Below are positions 18,401-28,358 of a stretch of DNA of 42,357 nt, one piece after another (positions within the stretch are counted from its first letter, which is position 1; each line of letters starts with the position of its first letter). The position numbers and the translations under genes are program-made. Source of the stretch: a virus. Lineage: Duplodnaviria; Caudoviricetes. The stretch spans positions 1 to 42,357 of the IMG/VR virus record IMGVR_UViG_3300020414_000780, one strand, 5' to 3'. A model generated the notes under the pieces. That model was not told where the DNA came from. It saw only the letters and a program-made list of their open reading frames with translations, and did no database searches.

Positions 18401-21014
18401 AAGGATTGATAGAGATAATCCTGTTGATGATCCAGCACCAACTAAATCTTATGCACAAAGAGATGATATTGGTGTTGTAGAACCAAGTGATCCAAAGAAC
18501 TCTACCTCTAGAGAAAACATTGAGTCCTTGATTGAAGAACTCGGTGTTGGTATTGGTATTACTGGTGCTAGTGTAAGTGGCACAGATTTGACTATCAATA
18601 CACTGGTAGACCACAACCTTAATGGTATTAAGGCATTCACACTTTCTTCGAATGGATCTAATCTAGGATCTGGTTCTGGTATTACTGAGAACTACTTTAA
18701 CGTACAACTAGAAGGTGGTGCTGGTAAGGGTGCTACTGCTAATGTTACCATCAATGCTTCTGGTCAGGTAGCATCTGTTTCGATTGTTGATCATGGTTCT
18801 AACTACAGCATCAATGATATTCTGACAATCAGAGGTATCCCAGATCAAGGTAGTCCTACTGAAGCAAGTATCACTGTAAGTGAGATTGACAATAGAATCG
18901 GTGATGTTGTTCAGATTGTTGGTGTTGGTAGTGAATCCTATAATGGTCTATTCAAGATCACAGCGATTCCAAGTTCCAAAGAGATTACCTACACTGGTGA
19001 TGCAGTCGATGCAGTAGCACAATCTGGTGGTTATGTCTATCATGCTGGTATTTCTACCGGAGTAACTTCTATTGCATGTGATGCCCTAACAGGTATTGCA
19101 ACAGTCATCATTGAGAAAGATCTCGGATTCGATAAAGGAGACTTTATTGTTATCGAAGGTTGTACTGGTGATTCTGCTGTCTATAACGGCACACATTACA
19201 TCCAAGATCGTATTGGTACTGGTCAAGAACTGTCAGTCTTTGTTGGATTCCCTGGTGTCATTCCTGCTCCAGCAATGGCAGGTACAGTTAGTGCATATTC
19301 TGATGGTATTGCACGCCGTGGCGAAGATAGACTCGTCCACATTTATGGTGGTGCTCATACTTATCTCAACACTTCTGGATTTACAGCAACATCAACAACC
19401 ATCGCACTAGAAGATAGTTCTATGATCAACAGGGGTGACTTCCTGTTGATTGGTGATGAGATTATTAGAGTCTCAAATACTAATGCCACCACTGTTATTC
19501 GTGGTGCAATGGGAACTAATGCTGTTGCACATGATAATGGTGTTGCTGTTAAGAAGATTAAGGTTATCCCTACAGAGACTAGAAGATATTCTATCCTCCG
19601 TGGTTCCGGTCATACATTTGAATATGTCGGATTTGGTCCAGGTAACTATTCTACTGCAATGCCGCAGACACAGGATAGAATCCTAACCGACGAGCAGAAA
19701 CTTCTATCTCAGTCAGTACAAACTAGAGGTGGTCTAGTTGCATACACTGGTATGGATGATGTGGGTGATTACTACATCGGACAGACTAGAATCGATGTTT
19801 CTACTGGTGAAGTTGAGTTCCTTGGTGGTGATGAGACATTCATCGAAGAGGAAGAGGTTGCTACATTCCTAGAACTAGATGAACTGATTGTTAACAATAA
19901 CCTATACAGTAACGGTAACACTGAGGTTATTGACATCCTCCTAAGAGGTAACCGTGGTGGTAACCTTGGTGCTAGTGTTTATGTTGGCATCTCGCAGAAT
20001 ACACCTCCAGAGTCTGATGGTCAGAACAACATTCTGTTCAAAGTTACTCCTACTTCTGGTAGTAATGCTGGTTGGGTTAAGACATCAACAGGATGGAGAA
20101 GATTTGCTCCAGTTTCACAATCACTATACAGTGATAGTTACAAGTTTGATGATCTAAACGCTGGTATCTCCACATTTACAAATGTAGATGTAACAACTCT
20201 TGACTCCACTGGTGCTGTTGACGTTGGCACTACATTGAATGTGGGTAGCAATATCACTGGTGGTGGTAATATCACAGTCACTGGTGATGTTAATGCTAAT
20301 GATGGTGACTTCAGTGGTAATATTGATGCAGTAGATGGTGACTTCACTGGTGACATTACTGCTGTAGATGGTACCTTCAGTGGTGCACTATCTGCACTGT
20401 CTGCCACGATCACAAACGCAATCACTGCTGGTTCTGCTGCCATTACTGGTGCACTTAGTGCTGGTTCTGCTACCATTTCTGGTGCAATCAGTGCTGCTTC
20501 TGGTAGTATTTCCGGTGCACTATCATCTGGAAGCATGAGCACAGGTGCACTTACTGCATCTAGTTTGAACAACCACAATATTCCTGGTGGTTCTGATACT
20601 CTTGCACGTATTAGTGATATTCCTTCTGAACTAGAAGGTGATGGAACTACTATCGTTGTTACTGGTGGTCAGATCTCCATTCCTAATAACTTCTTAGGAT
20701 CAGAGCACATCTCTGGTCAAAGTGGTAATGCACCAGTCTTTGGTGTTCGTGCTTTTGGTAGGATTACTGGAAACAGTGGTAGTTTGTCATACGGTCAAAA
20801 TGTTGCTAGCTCTGCCAGAACAGGCACAGGAACATATCGAGTCACATTATCTAATGGACCAGGAAACAATGACTTTACAGTTATTGCTACTGCAGAAGGT
20901 GATGATGATATGATCTACATTACCGACAGGAGCACTAATCAGTTTACTGTCCAGATTCGAAGTGACGGTGGCGATAAACAAAACAATGCTTTCCACTTCA
21001 TGGTTATCTTCTGA
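15456..21014 (+). CDS. Large virion structural/tail-fibre-like protein (1852 aa)
   Basis: MPLSRLENFLKN start, RPFKTIQRAL, PRGTSIVGQDLRKT, SGHTFEYVGFG.GNYST motifs; 10-residue repeats and fibre-tip-like C-terminus. Confidence 0.8.
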   Translation: MPLSRLENFLKNVQGNVIYVNPLELDATDDISNTGNSRARPFKTIQRALIESARFSYQIGKDNDKFDKTTILVSPGVHYIDNRPGYAIDTSGNITDVNGTVKTIDQFSAGTNFDINNPNNVLHHFNSVDGGVILPRGTSIVGQDLRKTKIRPKFVPNPLNDSIKPSTIFRVTGACWFFGFTFFDGDPNDRVYKDYTVSTFKPDFSHHKLTCFRYADGVNEITGKGNTDLDMYYYKLTQAYGASSGRALPNYPANTDFEKTIDECRIVGAISQIGDIQITDLYSGLNPTDPTATSIVTVETSTPHQLEVATPILIFGVDNAEYDGSFLVTSVPSSTKFTYALSNPPVSTSTPSLVGKQAFVTIESDSVQSASPYIFNCSVRSVFGLSGMDCDGDKATGFKSMVVAQFTGVSLNKDDDAYVKYNPTTGVWEDQATLGTSVSLHTDSLARHKPDWENFHVRVANNAIIQAVSVFAIGYAQHFLSEAGGDMSITNSNSNFGAKSFESDGFRPEAFTKDDTAYITSIKPPERISKNDQTINFKSIATVKTATASTDTKLYIDGFEQITNVPETTINKYKLGAKVGDKISVNIESLVYDADILMPVPFNDPDRRVSAIKEIKVGRTSGINSITGNTFTLQEEHSFLPGESIRIISDDGSLPDGLDHNRLYYAITDSLNADQIRIATTETNALSNASLVGINNIGGSLRIISAVSDKVAGDPGHPVQFDADGWYVNVGAGNSLRAAIVSNQGSLVPKTRVSTLTRKPDTRLNRNKVYMPRLVIPKSTPLASPPQNGFTLQQTGSIIDDTNYQNDNTSLTSELDMRADGAIINASWSSNVGVVTCQNPHRLKVGHQVQVYRLKSDNNESGTDNTGFNGKFNVLGVTDSKTFTIGINTDPGGISTITGTTPYTRNDASIVGSGRTSIPYFVKRGVDNDFQIFNAYDIQEYKKDIQDGVYDLLLKGYVAQPEVTPFNVDNNKFSVKTGYLFPRIDRDNPVDDPAPTKSYAQRDDIGVVEPSDPKNSTSRENIESLIEELGVGIGITGASVSGTDLTINTLVDHNLNGIKAFTLSSNGSNLGSGSGITENYFNVQLEGGAGKGATANVTINASGQVASVSIVDHGSNYSINDILTIRGIPDQGSPTEASITVSEIDNRIGDVVQIVGVGSESYNGLFKITAIPSSKEITYTGDAVDAVAQSGGYVYHAGISTGVTSIACDALTGIATVIIEKDLGFDKGDFIVIEGCTGDSAVYNGTHYIQDRIGTGQELSVFVGFPGVIPAPAMAGTVSAYSDGIARRGEDRLVHIYGGAHTYLNTSGFTATSTTIALEDSSMINRGDFLLIGDEIIRVSNTNATTVIRGAMGTNAVAHDNGVAVKKIKVIPTETRRYSILRGSGHTFEYVGFGPGNYSTAMPQTQDRILTDEQKLLSQSVQTRGGLVAYTGMDDVGDYYIGQTRIDVSTGEVEFLGGDETFIEEEEVATFLELDELIVNNNLYSNGNTEVIDILLRGNRGGNLGASVYVGISQNTPPESDGQNNILFKVTPTSGSNAGWVKTSTGWRRFAPVSQSLYSDSYKFDDLNAGISTFTNVDVTTLDSTGAVDVGTTLNVGSNITGGGNITVTGDVNANDGDFSGNIDAVDGDFTGDITAVDGTFSGALSALSATITNAITAGSAAITGALSAGSATISGAISAASGSISGALSSGSMSTGALTASSLNNHNIPGGSDTLARISDIPSELEGDGTTIVVTGGQISIPNNFLGSEHISGQSGNAPVFGVRAFGRITGNSGSLSYGQNVASSARTGTGTYRVTLSNGPGNNDFTVIATAEGDDDMIYITDRSTNQFTVQIRSDGGDKQNNAFHFMVIF

Positions 21015-21052
21015 TAACAATAAATACCAATAACGTAGGAGTGACTTAAGGG

Positions 21053-23422
21053 ATGGCATCTGTCAATAAGAAGTTTAATGTTGACATTGGTCTCCAGGTT
21101 GGAGACGAAGCCCTTCACGTAGAAGCAGATACGAGCAGGACCGGTGTTGGTAAAACTAACCCCGGTTATGTTCTTGATGTTGCTGGAACTGCAAACTTTG
21201 ATGGTGTTGTTGCTGCTGGTCAGGTTGGTGTTGGTTCTACACAACCAGTATATGACTTAGATGTTGCAACAGACGCTAGGATAAAAGGTCGTCTATTTGA
21301 CACCAATGATGTTGCTGGTAACAACCAACAGGCACTTATTTCTGTTGGTACTGCTATATCGTGGACTGATCTTGCTGAGATCGAAACTAATGCTGCTGGT
21401 CTAACACACCAAGTACAGTATAGAAAAGCAAACGGCAAGTTTGGTGGTGCAGACGAGTTCTATTATGATGATAATAATGATCGTGTAGGTATTGGTACCA
21501 CACAACCAGAGTATTTGTTCCAAGTACAAAGACCAGCAGGTGATAGTTCCAATGGTTTTGTACAGATTGGTGGTACATTCCTTGACTCGTTTGGTGGTGT
21601 AGGTCTTGCTAAGTCCACACTGATTGCAACCGAGGAAGGTGAACTTCAGTGGGTTGGTGCTGGTGTATCAGAGTTTAATGTCATCTTCGTTACTGAAGAT
21701 GGTGATGATCTGAGAGATGGTCTAACACTTGCCAAGTCCAAGAGAACTATCAAGTCAGCACTATCAGTTGCAGTTGAAGGACAACTAGTTAAAGTATCTC
21801 CTGGTGTTTATCGTGAAGATAACCCAATCAGTATGCCTAGAAACACCACCGTTGACGGTGATGATCTAAGAAATACTCAGGTTATTCCGATTAACGATGG
21901 TAAAGATCTATTCCAGGTAGATAACGGTTGCTTTGTTCAGAACCTATCGTTTATTGGTTCTGCTAGCACGGGTGCAATGATTGCATACCATGAACCAAGA
22001 GAAAATATTCATACCTTTATTAGTGCTGACGCTGGTGCTATTGCTGTTGGTGATTGGGATACCAAGATAACACCTACCTTCGCCGTTTATGGTCCGAAGT
22101 CAGGTATCATGACTGTCACGGTTCCTGAGGACCATGGTATCGAAGCAGGTGTTACTCAGGTTGGTTTTGCAACTGCAAGTCTAGACTTTACATGTAGGTC
22201 TGATAATAACAATAAAGTTTATAGTCATCCTCGTGTTGGCGAACCACTAGAAGGTGTACTTGTATCAGTATCTGCTACAACTACCACATCATTCACTGCT
22301 GATGTAGGTATTGCTGGTATTGGTTCTGAGTATGTTGGATTTATTACTCAGTCTCCTTATATTAGGAACTGCACAAACTTCGTACCAGATTCTATTGGTA
22401 TGAAGATTGATGGTAATAAGGCAGCAAACCTTAAGTCCATGGTTGTTGACTCCTACACACAGTACAATCAGGGCGGCATTGGTGTATCGATCACCAACAA
22501 TGGTTATGCTCAGTTGGTTTCGATCTTTACGATCTGTGATGATATTGCTATCTACTGTGGTGCTGGTGGTCAGTGTGACCTAACAAACTCTAACAGTTCG
22601 TTTGGTAATAAGGGTCTAGTTGCTCAAGGTATTGGTACCGTATCATATACGGGATCACTTAACGTTGAGATGGTCGAAGAGGATAACATTATTACTGTCT
22701 CTGGTCTAGGTACACAAAGACCATTCTCTGGTCAGGTATTCTATGTCGGAGAACTATTCCAGAATGTTATTCGTGTTGATGTAACTAACGCTGGTGCAGG
22801 TTATACTGCTGCGAATCCTCCAAAAGTATCGATCAGCGATCCATCTGGTCCAGGTGGTATTAAAGCAGACGCTGTTGCCAATGTTTCTGGATTTGGATCA
22901 GTTACATCTATTGATTTGATTGCTAATGGTAGACAGTATCGTGAAGATGATAGTGTTACAGTAACAATCGATCCACCAACATCAGGACTAACTACAGCAT
23001 TTGCAAGTGCTGTTCTAGGTCCTACTTACTATACTATAAATAGTGTCACTACCCCTACTGCAGGTGTGTCTACTATTACAGTAGACCAAGTTATTCCTGC
23101 AAATGTTGGTGTTGGATCAACTGTTCCGTTTGCAAATCAGTCTCTGATCCTTGCATCTTCACACTCGTTTGAATATATCGGAACTGGTGTAACAATCGCG
23201 ATTGCTAGACCTAACCAAGGTGGTATTACTAGACCTGAAAATCAGGTTCTATCACTGGAAGGAGGAAAGGTAGTTCATACATCAACCGATGAACGAGGAA
23301 ACTTCTTGATCGGTGATGATTTTACCATTAACCAGCAGACAGGAACTATTACTGGAGACGCTTTTAACAAGAGTATCCAGGCAACACTTACACCACTAAT
23401 CATTTCTCTTGGAGGAGGTTAA
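21053..23422 (+). CDS. Virion structural protein, beta-helix/tail-fibre-like
   Basis: VGIGTTQP repeats, GDDLRNT, QSPYIRNCT, SMVVDSYTQYNQGG, SSHSFEYIGTG (paralogous to the preceding gene); AATAAATA at 21019. Confidence 0.75.
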   Translation: MASVNKKFNVDIGLQVGDEALHVEADTSRTGVGKTNPGYVLDVAGTANFDGVVAAGQVGVGSTQPVYDLDVATDARIKGRLFDTNDVAGNNQQALISVGTAISWTDLAEIETNAAGLTHQVQYRKANGKFGGADEFYYDDNNDRVGIGTTQPEYLFQVQRPAGDSSNGFVQIGGTFLDSFGGVGLAKSTLIATEEGELQWVGAGVSEFNVIFVTEDGDDLRDGLTLAKSKRTIKSALSVAVEGQLVKVSPGVYREDNPISMPRNTTVDGDDLRNTQVIPINDGKDLFQVDNGCFVQNLSFIGSASTGAMIAYHEPRENIHTFISADAGAIAVGDWDTKITPTFAVYGPKSGIMTVTVPEDHGIEAGVTQVGFATASLDFTCRSDNNNKVYSHPRVGEPLEGVLVSVSATTTTSFTADVGIAGIGSEYVGFITQSPYIRNCTNFVPDSIGMKIDGNKAANLKSMVVDSYTQYNQGGIGVSITNNGYAQLVSIFTICDDIAIYCGAGGQCDLTNSNSSFGNKGLVAQGIGTVSYTGSLNVEMVEEDNIITVSGLGTQRPFSGQVFYVGELFQNVIRVDVTNAGAGYTAANPPKVSISDPSGPGGIKADAVANVSGFGSVTSIDLIANGRQYREDDSVTVTIDPPTSGLTTAFASAVLGPTYYTINSVTTPTAGVSTITVDQVIPANVGVGSTVPFANQSLILASSHSFEYIGTGVTIAIARPNQGGITRPENQVLSLEGGKVVHTSTDERGNFLIGDDFTINQQTGTITGDAFNKSIQATLTPLIISLGGG

Positions 23423-23424
23423 TA

Positions 23425-23763
23425 ATGGCAGCGATTCCACTTAATAAATTCCGAACTATTACTCATACTCTGACTAATACTTCGGTTGGTATCTACACCT
23501 GCCCACCGGGTGTTGCTGCTCTTATCATCTATGGCAACGTTGCTAACGTTGGTACTGGAACATCTGTGACTGAGTTCACAGTAGAACATACTAGGGACTC
23601 TATTGATACGCCTATTGTTCAGCGTGCACAGATTCCTAGTCAGGACGCAATGTCATTTATTGAAGGTCGTCTGGTTCTTGAGACTGGAGATATTCTCAAG
23701 ATCAAAGGTGAAACTGTCAACACTATGCAATGTGTTATTAGTATCCTAGAGAACGCGAAGTAA
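23425..23763 (+). CDS. Small virion structural protein
   Basis: LNKFRT..., IYTCP.G, GRLVLETGD, ISILE motifs; tight operon spacing. Confidence 0.7.
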   Translation: MAAIPLNKFRTITHTLTNTSVGIYTCPPGVAALIIYGNVANVGTGTSVTEFTVEHTRDSIDTPIVQRAQIPSQDAMSFIEGRLVLETGDILKIKGETVNTMQCVISILENAK

Positions 23764-24362
23764 TGCCTAGACTGCTATCCGGTAGAGTTGGAGTTACTAG
23801 TTTTGCGGGTCTATCAACGTCCCGCAATCAGTACACTAATGGTGCACAAAAATCCTTTCTAGGTCTGGCAGAAGCAGAACCAAACCTTGGTCTATCACCA
23901 AATAACGATTATGTTTTGTTTGGTGATGCTGATGGAACAAGACGTTGGGGTCCTATCACACCACAAGGTTCTGTAGATGGTATTACAGTTCAGGATGAAG
24001 GTGTAACACCAGTTGGATTTGCTGGTTCTATCACCATCATGAACTTTCAGGGTGTCGGTGTTACCGCCATCCAATCTAAGATTGTTCAGGGTTCTGCAAC
24101 TGTTGGTATTGCCACTATTATTGTTGACCCAACAGATGATATTGGTATTGGTACCAATATTCCTGGTGCTGAAGGCATCATAGAATACCTTAATAGCAGA
24201 GTAGGTTTATCTAAAACTATCACATTGGATAGTGCAGTCATGCCAGACTCTATGAGAGCATGGACAATCTATCCTGAACTAGATATCAACTTAGGCGGAG
24301 ATCTAATCATCGGTGATGGTAAGATTTTCACTGTTGATATTCTAAACTTGGAGTCTTTGTGA
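23763..24362 (+). CDS. Virion structural protein
   Basis: LSGRV, AEPNLG, DGTRRW, GITVQDEG motifs; overlapping stop/start. Confidence 0.65.
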   Translation: MPRLLSGRVGVTSFAGLSTSRNQYTNGAQKSFLGLAEAEPNLGLSPNNDYVLFGDADGTRRWGPITPQGSVDGITVQDEGVTPVGFAGSITIMNFQGVGVTAIQSKIVQGSATVGIATIIVDPTDDIGIGTNIPGAEGIIEYLNSRVGLSKTITLDSAVMPDSMRAWTIYPELDINLGGDLIIGDGKIFTVDILNLESL

Positions 24363-24410
24363 CCCATAAATATAACTAAGAATAAGAAGTAGTATCCGCC
24401 AGGACCTGTA

Positions 24411-25691
24411 ATGTCAAAACTCCGTGTAAATACTATTGTCAACCGAGTATCTGATGATAAGGTAAGTTTTCCTTTTGGCATTGGTGTTACCAATGGCATT
24501 ATTTGCGCTGGTGTTGTAACTGCAACCGCATTTGTTGGCAGTGGACAGTCATTGACCGATGTTTCGGGTAACTTTGACATCTACAATGATGAAGGAGGAC
24601 TCGCCTTCGGGGGCATTTCATCCATCAGGGTTGGTTCTGGTATCACACTTACAGAATCTACTCCAGATATTATCAAGTTTGAACTTGGTGGTAAGATTGA
24701 AGGTGAGTTGGAGTTTGGTGCTACTTCTGGAGCGGTTGGTACTAGTACCGTTACAGCAAGTGGTAAAATCATTTCGCAGAAGCGAAACAATATCATTACT
24801 AGTCGCACTAATGATCTAACTTCTGCTGAAGCTCTTGAAGAGATTGCAGCAGAAGGATTTGCAGGTGCTCTTAGATATAATGAGGCAGATGATCTACTAT
24901 ATGTTCACGCCGAGGAAACTCTAAAACAGATTCCTTACACCAATCATGCTGGTATTTTCACAGCAACTACATTTGTTGGTCAGTTTGAAGGTGCTGGTAT
25001 TTCTACCTTCACAGACCTACATGTAGATCGTAACCTTCAAGTTACTGGCATTGCTACTATTGGCAGTATTCAAGTAGATACAGTTTCTACAACTGGTGAT
25101 GTTAGTATCCTTAACGGTGGTCGTCTTACCGCTGGTCTTGCAACTGCACTAGAGTTCAGAGCAGATGGATTCTTTGCCAACAGTGGTATTTCTACTTTCA
25201 TTGATGTTGAGGCAAGAAACCTATCTGTTGGTATTATCACAGCAAATACCATCGACGCTAACATTAATGGTGATGTAAGCAACACTACCATTGATACTGA
25301 GCACCTCACTGTTACTGGAACATTCAACTCTACAGGCATTTCTACAGTATCATTCCAACAGAGTTCAACTCTAAATGTTACTGGTGTTGCCACTGTTTCT
25401 GTACTAGATGCACTTGCTAATGGTCTATATGGAACTCCAGATGTTATCGTTGGACATGGCACAGCATATTCGTGGAAACCTGCTGCTGATAACCAGTACG
25501 ATCTAGGTGATAGCAACAACCGCTGGGCGAATGTTTACACCGCTGACATGCACTTCAATAACACTGGAACTGGTGGTAATGACGTTGATGGCAGTGAAGG
25601 TAACTGGACTCTACAAGAGGGCGCTGAGACAATCTACATGATCAACAATCTATCTGGAAAACGATACAAGATCAATCTGACAGAAGTCTAA
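24411..25691 (+). CDS. Tail-fibre-like protein
   Basis: MSKLRVNTIVNR, GVVTAT, GISTF repeats; C-terminal YDLG...RWANVYTAD...GNDVDG..GNWT.QEG domain; CATAAATA at 24365. Confidence 0.7.
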   Translation: MSKLRVNTIVNRVSDDKVSFPFGIGVTNGIICAGVVTATAFVGSGQSLTDVSGNFDIYNDEGGLAFGGISSIRVGSGITLTESTPDIIKFELGGKIEGELEFGATSGAVGTSTVTASGKIISQKRNNIITSRTNDLTSAEALEEIAAEGFAGALRYNEADDLLYVHAEETLKQIPYTNHAGIFTATTFVGQFEGAGISTFTDLHVDRNLQVTGIATIGSIQVDTVSTTGDVSILNGGRLTAGLATALEFRADGFFANSGISTFIDVEARNLSVGIITANTIDANINGDVSNTTIDTEHLTVTGTFNSTGISTVSFQQSSTLNVTGVATVSVLDALANGLYGTPDVIVGHGTAYSWKPAADNQYDLGDSNNRWANVYTADMHFNNTGTGGNDVDGSEGNWTLQEGAETIYMINNLSGKRYKINLTEV

Positions 25692-25722
25692 ATAATAGGG
25701 TAGTCAAAAATATCCTACCATT

Positions 25723-27750
25723 ATGTCGAGAGCCAGAGAACTGGCAAAAGCAGGTGGTGTACAACAACGAATCGTAGGTTTATCCTCCCACGTTGGCGTA
25801 TCTACTTTTGCCGCAGACGTAGAAATGTACCAGGACCTTACGGTTGCTGGTAATCTTAATGTGACAGGTGATCTCTCTTATGATGAGACCACAGCAACTA
25901 ATCAAAGGATCACTGGAGTAACAACAACCAAGGATCTTGTCGTTACCCAAAATGTCAACGTCAGCGGTATGCAATCCGTTGGTGCTGGTGCATCGACAAC
26001 CGCACTTGACGTTAGTGGTCACATCATTCCTAGAGAAGATGACACCTTTGATCTAGGATCCCCAACGAGAGTTTGGAGAGACGTATATATCGGTCCTGGA
26101 TCGCTATATGTTAATGGACAGAAGGTTCTTCAGGAAGATTCTTCTAACATCATCGTTTCTTGTGACGAGAACCAAAACCTAGTGTTCCAGACTTCTGGTT
26201 CTGGTGATCTAGAACTAGATCCAACTGGAACTGGTATCGTTCAGGTTAAAGGCACACTTCAGATCGAAGATGGTACTAACATTACCAACTCGGCAGGTAA
26301 CGCGATTACCTTCGGATCTGCTGTTGCTGCTAACAGTCTCATCTCAAGAACAACTAACAGCAACCTAGCACTTTCGGGTAATGGTAACGGTAACGTTGTT
26401 GTTAACGATGATCTAACTGTTAATGGTAGTCTAACGGTCGATGGCGGTAACATCGACATCAACACAAATGGTATTACTGCAACAACCATTAGTGCTAGTG
26501 GTATTACTACTTCCACAGGTGGTTTTGTTGGTAACCTAACAGGTAATGTTACTGGTAACGTAACTGGTGATCTAACTGGCGACTCCGCTGGTACACACAC
26601 TGGTGCTGTTGTAGGTAACGTAACTGGTAACCTAACCGGTAATGTAACTGGTGATGTTACAGGCGACGTTACAGGTGATGTAACTGGTAACCTAACAGGT
26701 AATAGTGCTGGTACACACACTGGTGCTGTTGTAGGTAACGTAACTGGTGATACTGCTGGTACACACACTGGTTCAGTTGTAGGTAATGTAACTGGTAACC
26801 TAACTGGTAACGTTGCATCTAGTGGTGCTAACCTATTTGGTTCTGCTATCATCTCTGGTGAGACAACTATCGGTGCTGGTCTAACAGTTTCTGGCAATGC
26901 TATTATTGCTGGTAACCTCACCGTTAATGGTACTCAGACTGTCATTAACTCAACCACGTTGACTGTAGATGATAAGACTGTTGAACTAGGTTCAGTTGAC
27001 ACCCCATCCGATTCTACCGCAAATGCTGGTGGTGTTATCCTGAAGGGTGCTACAGATCATACACTTCTCTGGTATAATGATAACGATCACTGGGAATCCA
27101 GTGAGCACTTTAACCTTGTAAGCGGCAAGTCCTACCAGATTGCTGACACCGCAGTTCTTTCTGCTACTACACTTGGTTCTGGTGTTGTTAACTCGTCGCT
27201 AACAACTGTTGGCACGATTAGTTCTGGTACTTGGCAAGGTACTGCGATTGCTAACGCTTACCTAGCAAACTCAAGTATCTCCATCGGTGGTGTTTCACTA
27301 TCTCTTGGTGATACTGACTCTACACCAGCATTTAATGGTAGTGACATCACTGCTATCAATGCCTCTAACATTGCGTCTGGTACTCTTTCTGATGATCGTC
27401 TACCTAGCACGATTACAAAGAATATCAGTGGTGGCACTGTTTCGTGTACTACACTATCTGCATCAGGTAGTGTTACACTAGGCGATTCTTCGAGTGATAC
27501 TGTTGCATTTAATGGTGTTCTATCTACGGACCTCATTCCTAATGCAAACGGTACTCTAGATCTTGGTGCTTCTGGCACACGTTTCGCTAACGTTTTCAGT
27601 TCTGACTTGGATCTATCCAACGAAGCAAAGGGTGTAAATACGGTCGATGGCACCTGGGGTTCCTACCTAATCGAAGAAGGTGAGGAGCATCTATATATTA
27701 CCAACAGAAGAAGTGGGAAGAAATTCCGCTTCATGTTGGAAGAAGTTTGA
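25723..27750 (+). CDS. Tail-fibre-like protein with GNLTGNVTG repeats
   Basis: MSRARELA start, GNLTVNGTQT..NSTT, TVGTISSGTWQG, same C-terminal domain as the previous gene; TCTAAATA at 25687. Confidence 0.75.
   Translation: MSRARELAKAGGVQQRIVGLSSHVGVSTFAADVEMYQDLTVAGNLNVTGDLSYDETTATNQRITGVTTTKDLVVTQNVNVSGMQSVGAGASTTALDVSGHIIPREDDTFDLGSPTRVWRDVYIGPGSLYVNGQKVLQEDSSNIIVSCDENQNLVFQTSGSGDLELDPTGTGIVQVKGTLQIEDGTNITNSAGNAITFGSAVAANSLISRTTNSNLALSGNGNGNVVVNDDLTVNGSLTVDGGNIDINTNGITATTISASGITTSTGGFVGNLTGNVTGNVTGDLTGDSAGTHTGAVVGNVTGNLTGNVTGDVTGDVTGDVTGNLTGNSAGTHTGAVVGNVTGDTAGTHTGSVVGNVTGNLTGNVASSGANLFGSAIISGETTIGAGLTVSGNAIIAGNLTVNGTQTVINSTTLTVDDKTVELGSVDTPSDSTANAGGVILKGATDHTLLWYNDNDHWESSEHFNLVSGKSYQIADTAVLSATTLGSGVVNSSLTTVGTISSGTWQGTAIANAYLANSSISIGGVSLSLGDTDSTPAFNGSDITAINASNIASGTLSDDRLPSTITKNISGGTVSCTTLSASGSVTLGDSSSDTVAFNGVLSTDLIPNANGTLDLGASGTRFANVFSSDLDLSNEAKGVNTVDGTWGSYLIEEGEEHLYITNRRSGKKFRFMLEEV
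26530..26812 (+). repeat. Coding tandem/direct repeats (G-[N/D]-[V/L]-T units; identical 42-bp copies at 26587-26628 and 26707-26748)
   Basis: GCTGGTACACACACTGGTGCTGTTGTAGGTAACGTAACTGGT twice, 120 bp apart; a diverged third copy from 26755. Confidence 0.9.
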
Positions 27751-27786
27751 TCTAACTCATAAATATACGAAGGAGATTAACTTAAA

Positions 27787-28338
27787 ATGGCACTATACGG
27801 TACTGGTTCGAATGTAACGAACACAACTGATGCGAGCGCCGGAACTTATGGATCCGCTAACCAAGTAGCACAGGTTACTGTAGACGCTGACCAGCGTATC
27901 AGCGGCATCACTAATGTTTCTATTACTGCAAGCATTAACGCTAACGCATCTGTTGGTGATGTAGGCACATATGCCTTCATGCAACAGTCGTCAGGTAACA
28001 CCACATACAACCCTGGTGATACCCTAGCAGGTTCTAGCTTGCGTTATTCGGACGCAACTGGTAGACTATATAACTCTACTACCCCTTCGGGTAACTGGAG
28101 ATGTATGGGTTATGACTCGGGTTCTGCTCTAGTCAACACCGGCACAGTTTCTCAGAACACTGCCTCCACGGGTAACGTTTCAGGTTCTGTTACAGGTAAC
28201 GTTTCTGTTCCTGGTAAGTCTGCTAACTTTGGCAGTGGTACTATCAACTCTGGTACTGCTTCTGTTAACGTTGCTTCTGAACTAACAGTTAACACCACAG
28301 TTGCATACTCCGCTACACTTTGGTTGCGTTACGCTTGA
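27787..28338 (+). CDS. Short tail-fibre tip-like protein
   Basis: GTYGS..QV..VTVD..RI N-terminus; VGTYAF...AGSSLRY...GNWRCMG...ATLWLRYA fibre C-terminal motif; CATAAATA at 27758 and AGGAG RBS. Confidence 0.65.
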   Translation: MALYGTGSNVTNTTDASAGTYGSANQVAQVTVDADQRISGITNVSITASINANASVGDVGTYAFMQQSSGNTTYNPGDTLAGSSLRYSDATGRLYNSTTPSGNWRCMGYDSGSALVNTGTVSQNTASTGNVSGSVTGNVSVPGKSANFGSGTINSGTASVNVASELTVNTTVAYSATLWLRYA

Positions 28339-28358
28339 TCACTTTTTGATTTTTTAAT

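Noticed and set aside
23035-23042. Exact TATAAATA inside a structural gene
   Set aside because: About 380 nt from the next start; may be an internal late promoter but cannot be distinguished from chance
26530-26812. CRISPR array or DGR template/variable repeats
   Set aside because: In-frame coding repeats with no unique spacers, no adenine-specific mismatches and no reverse transcriptase in the window
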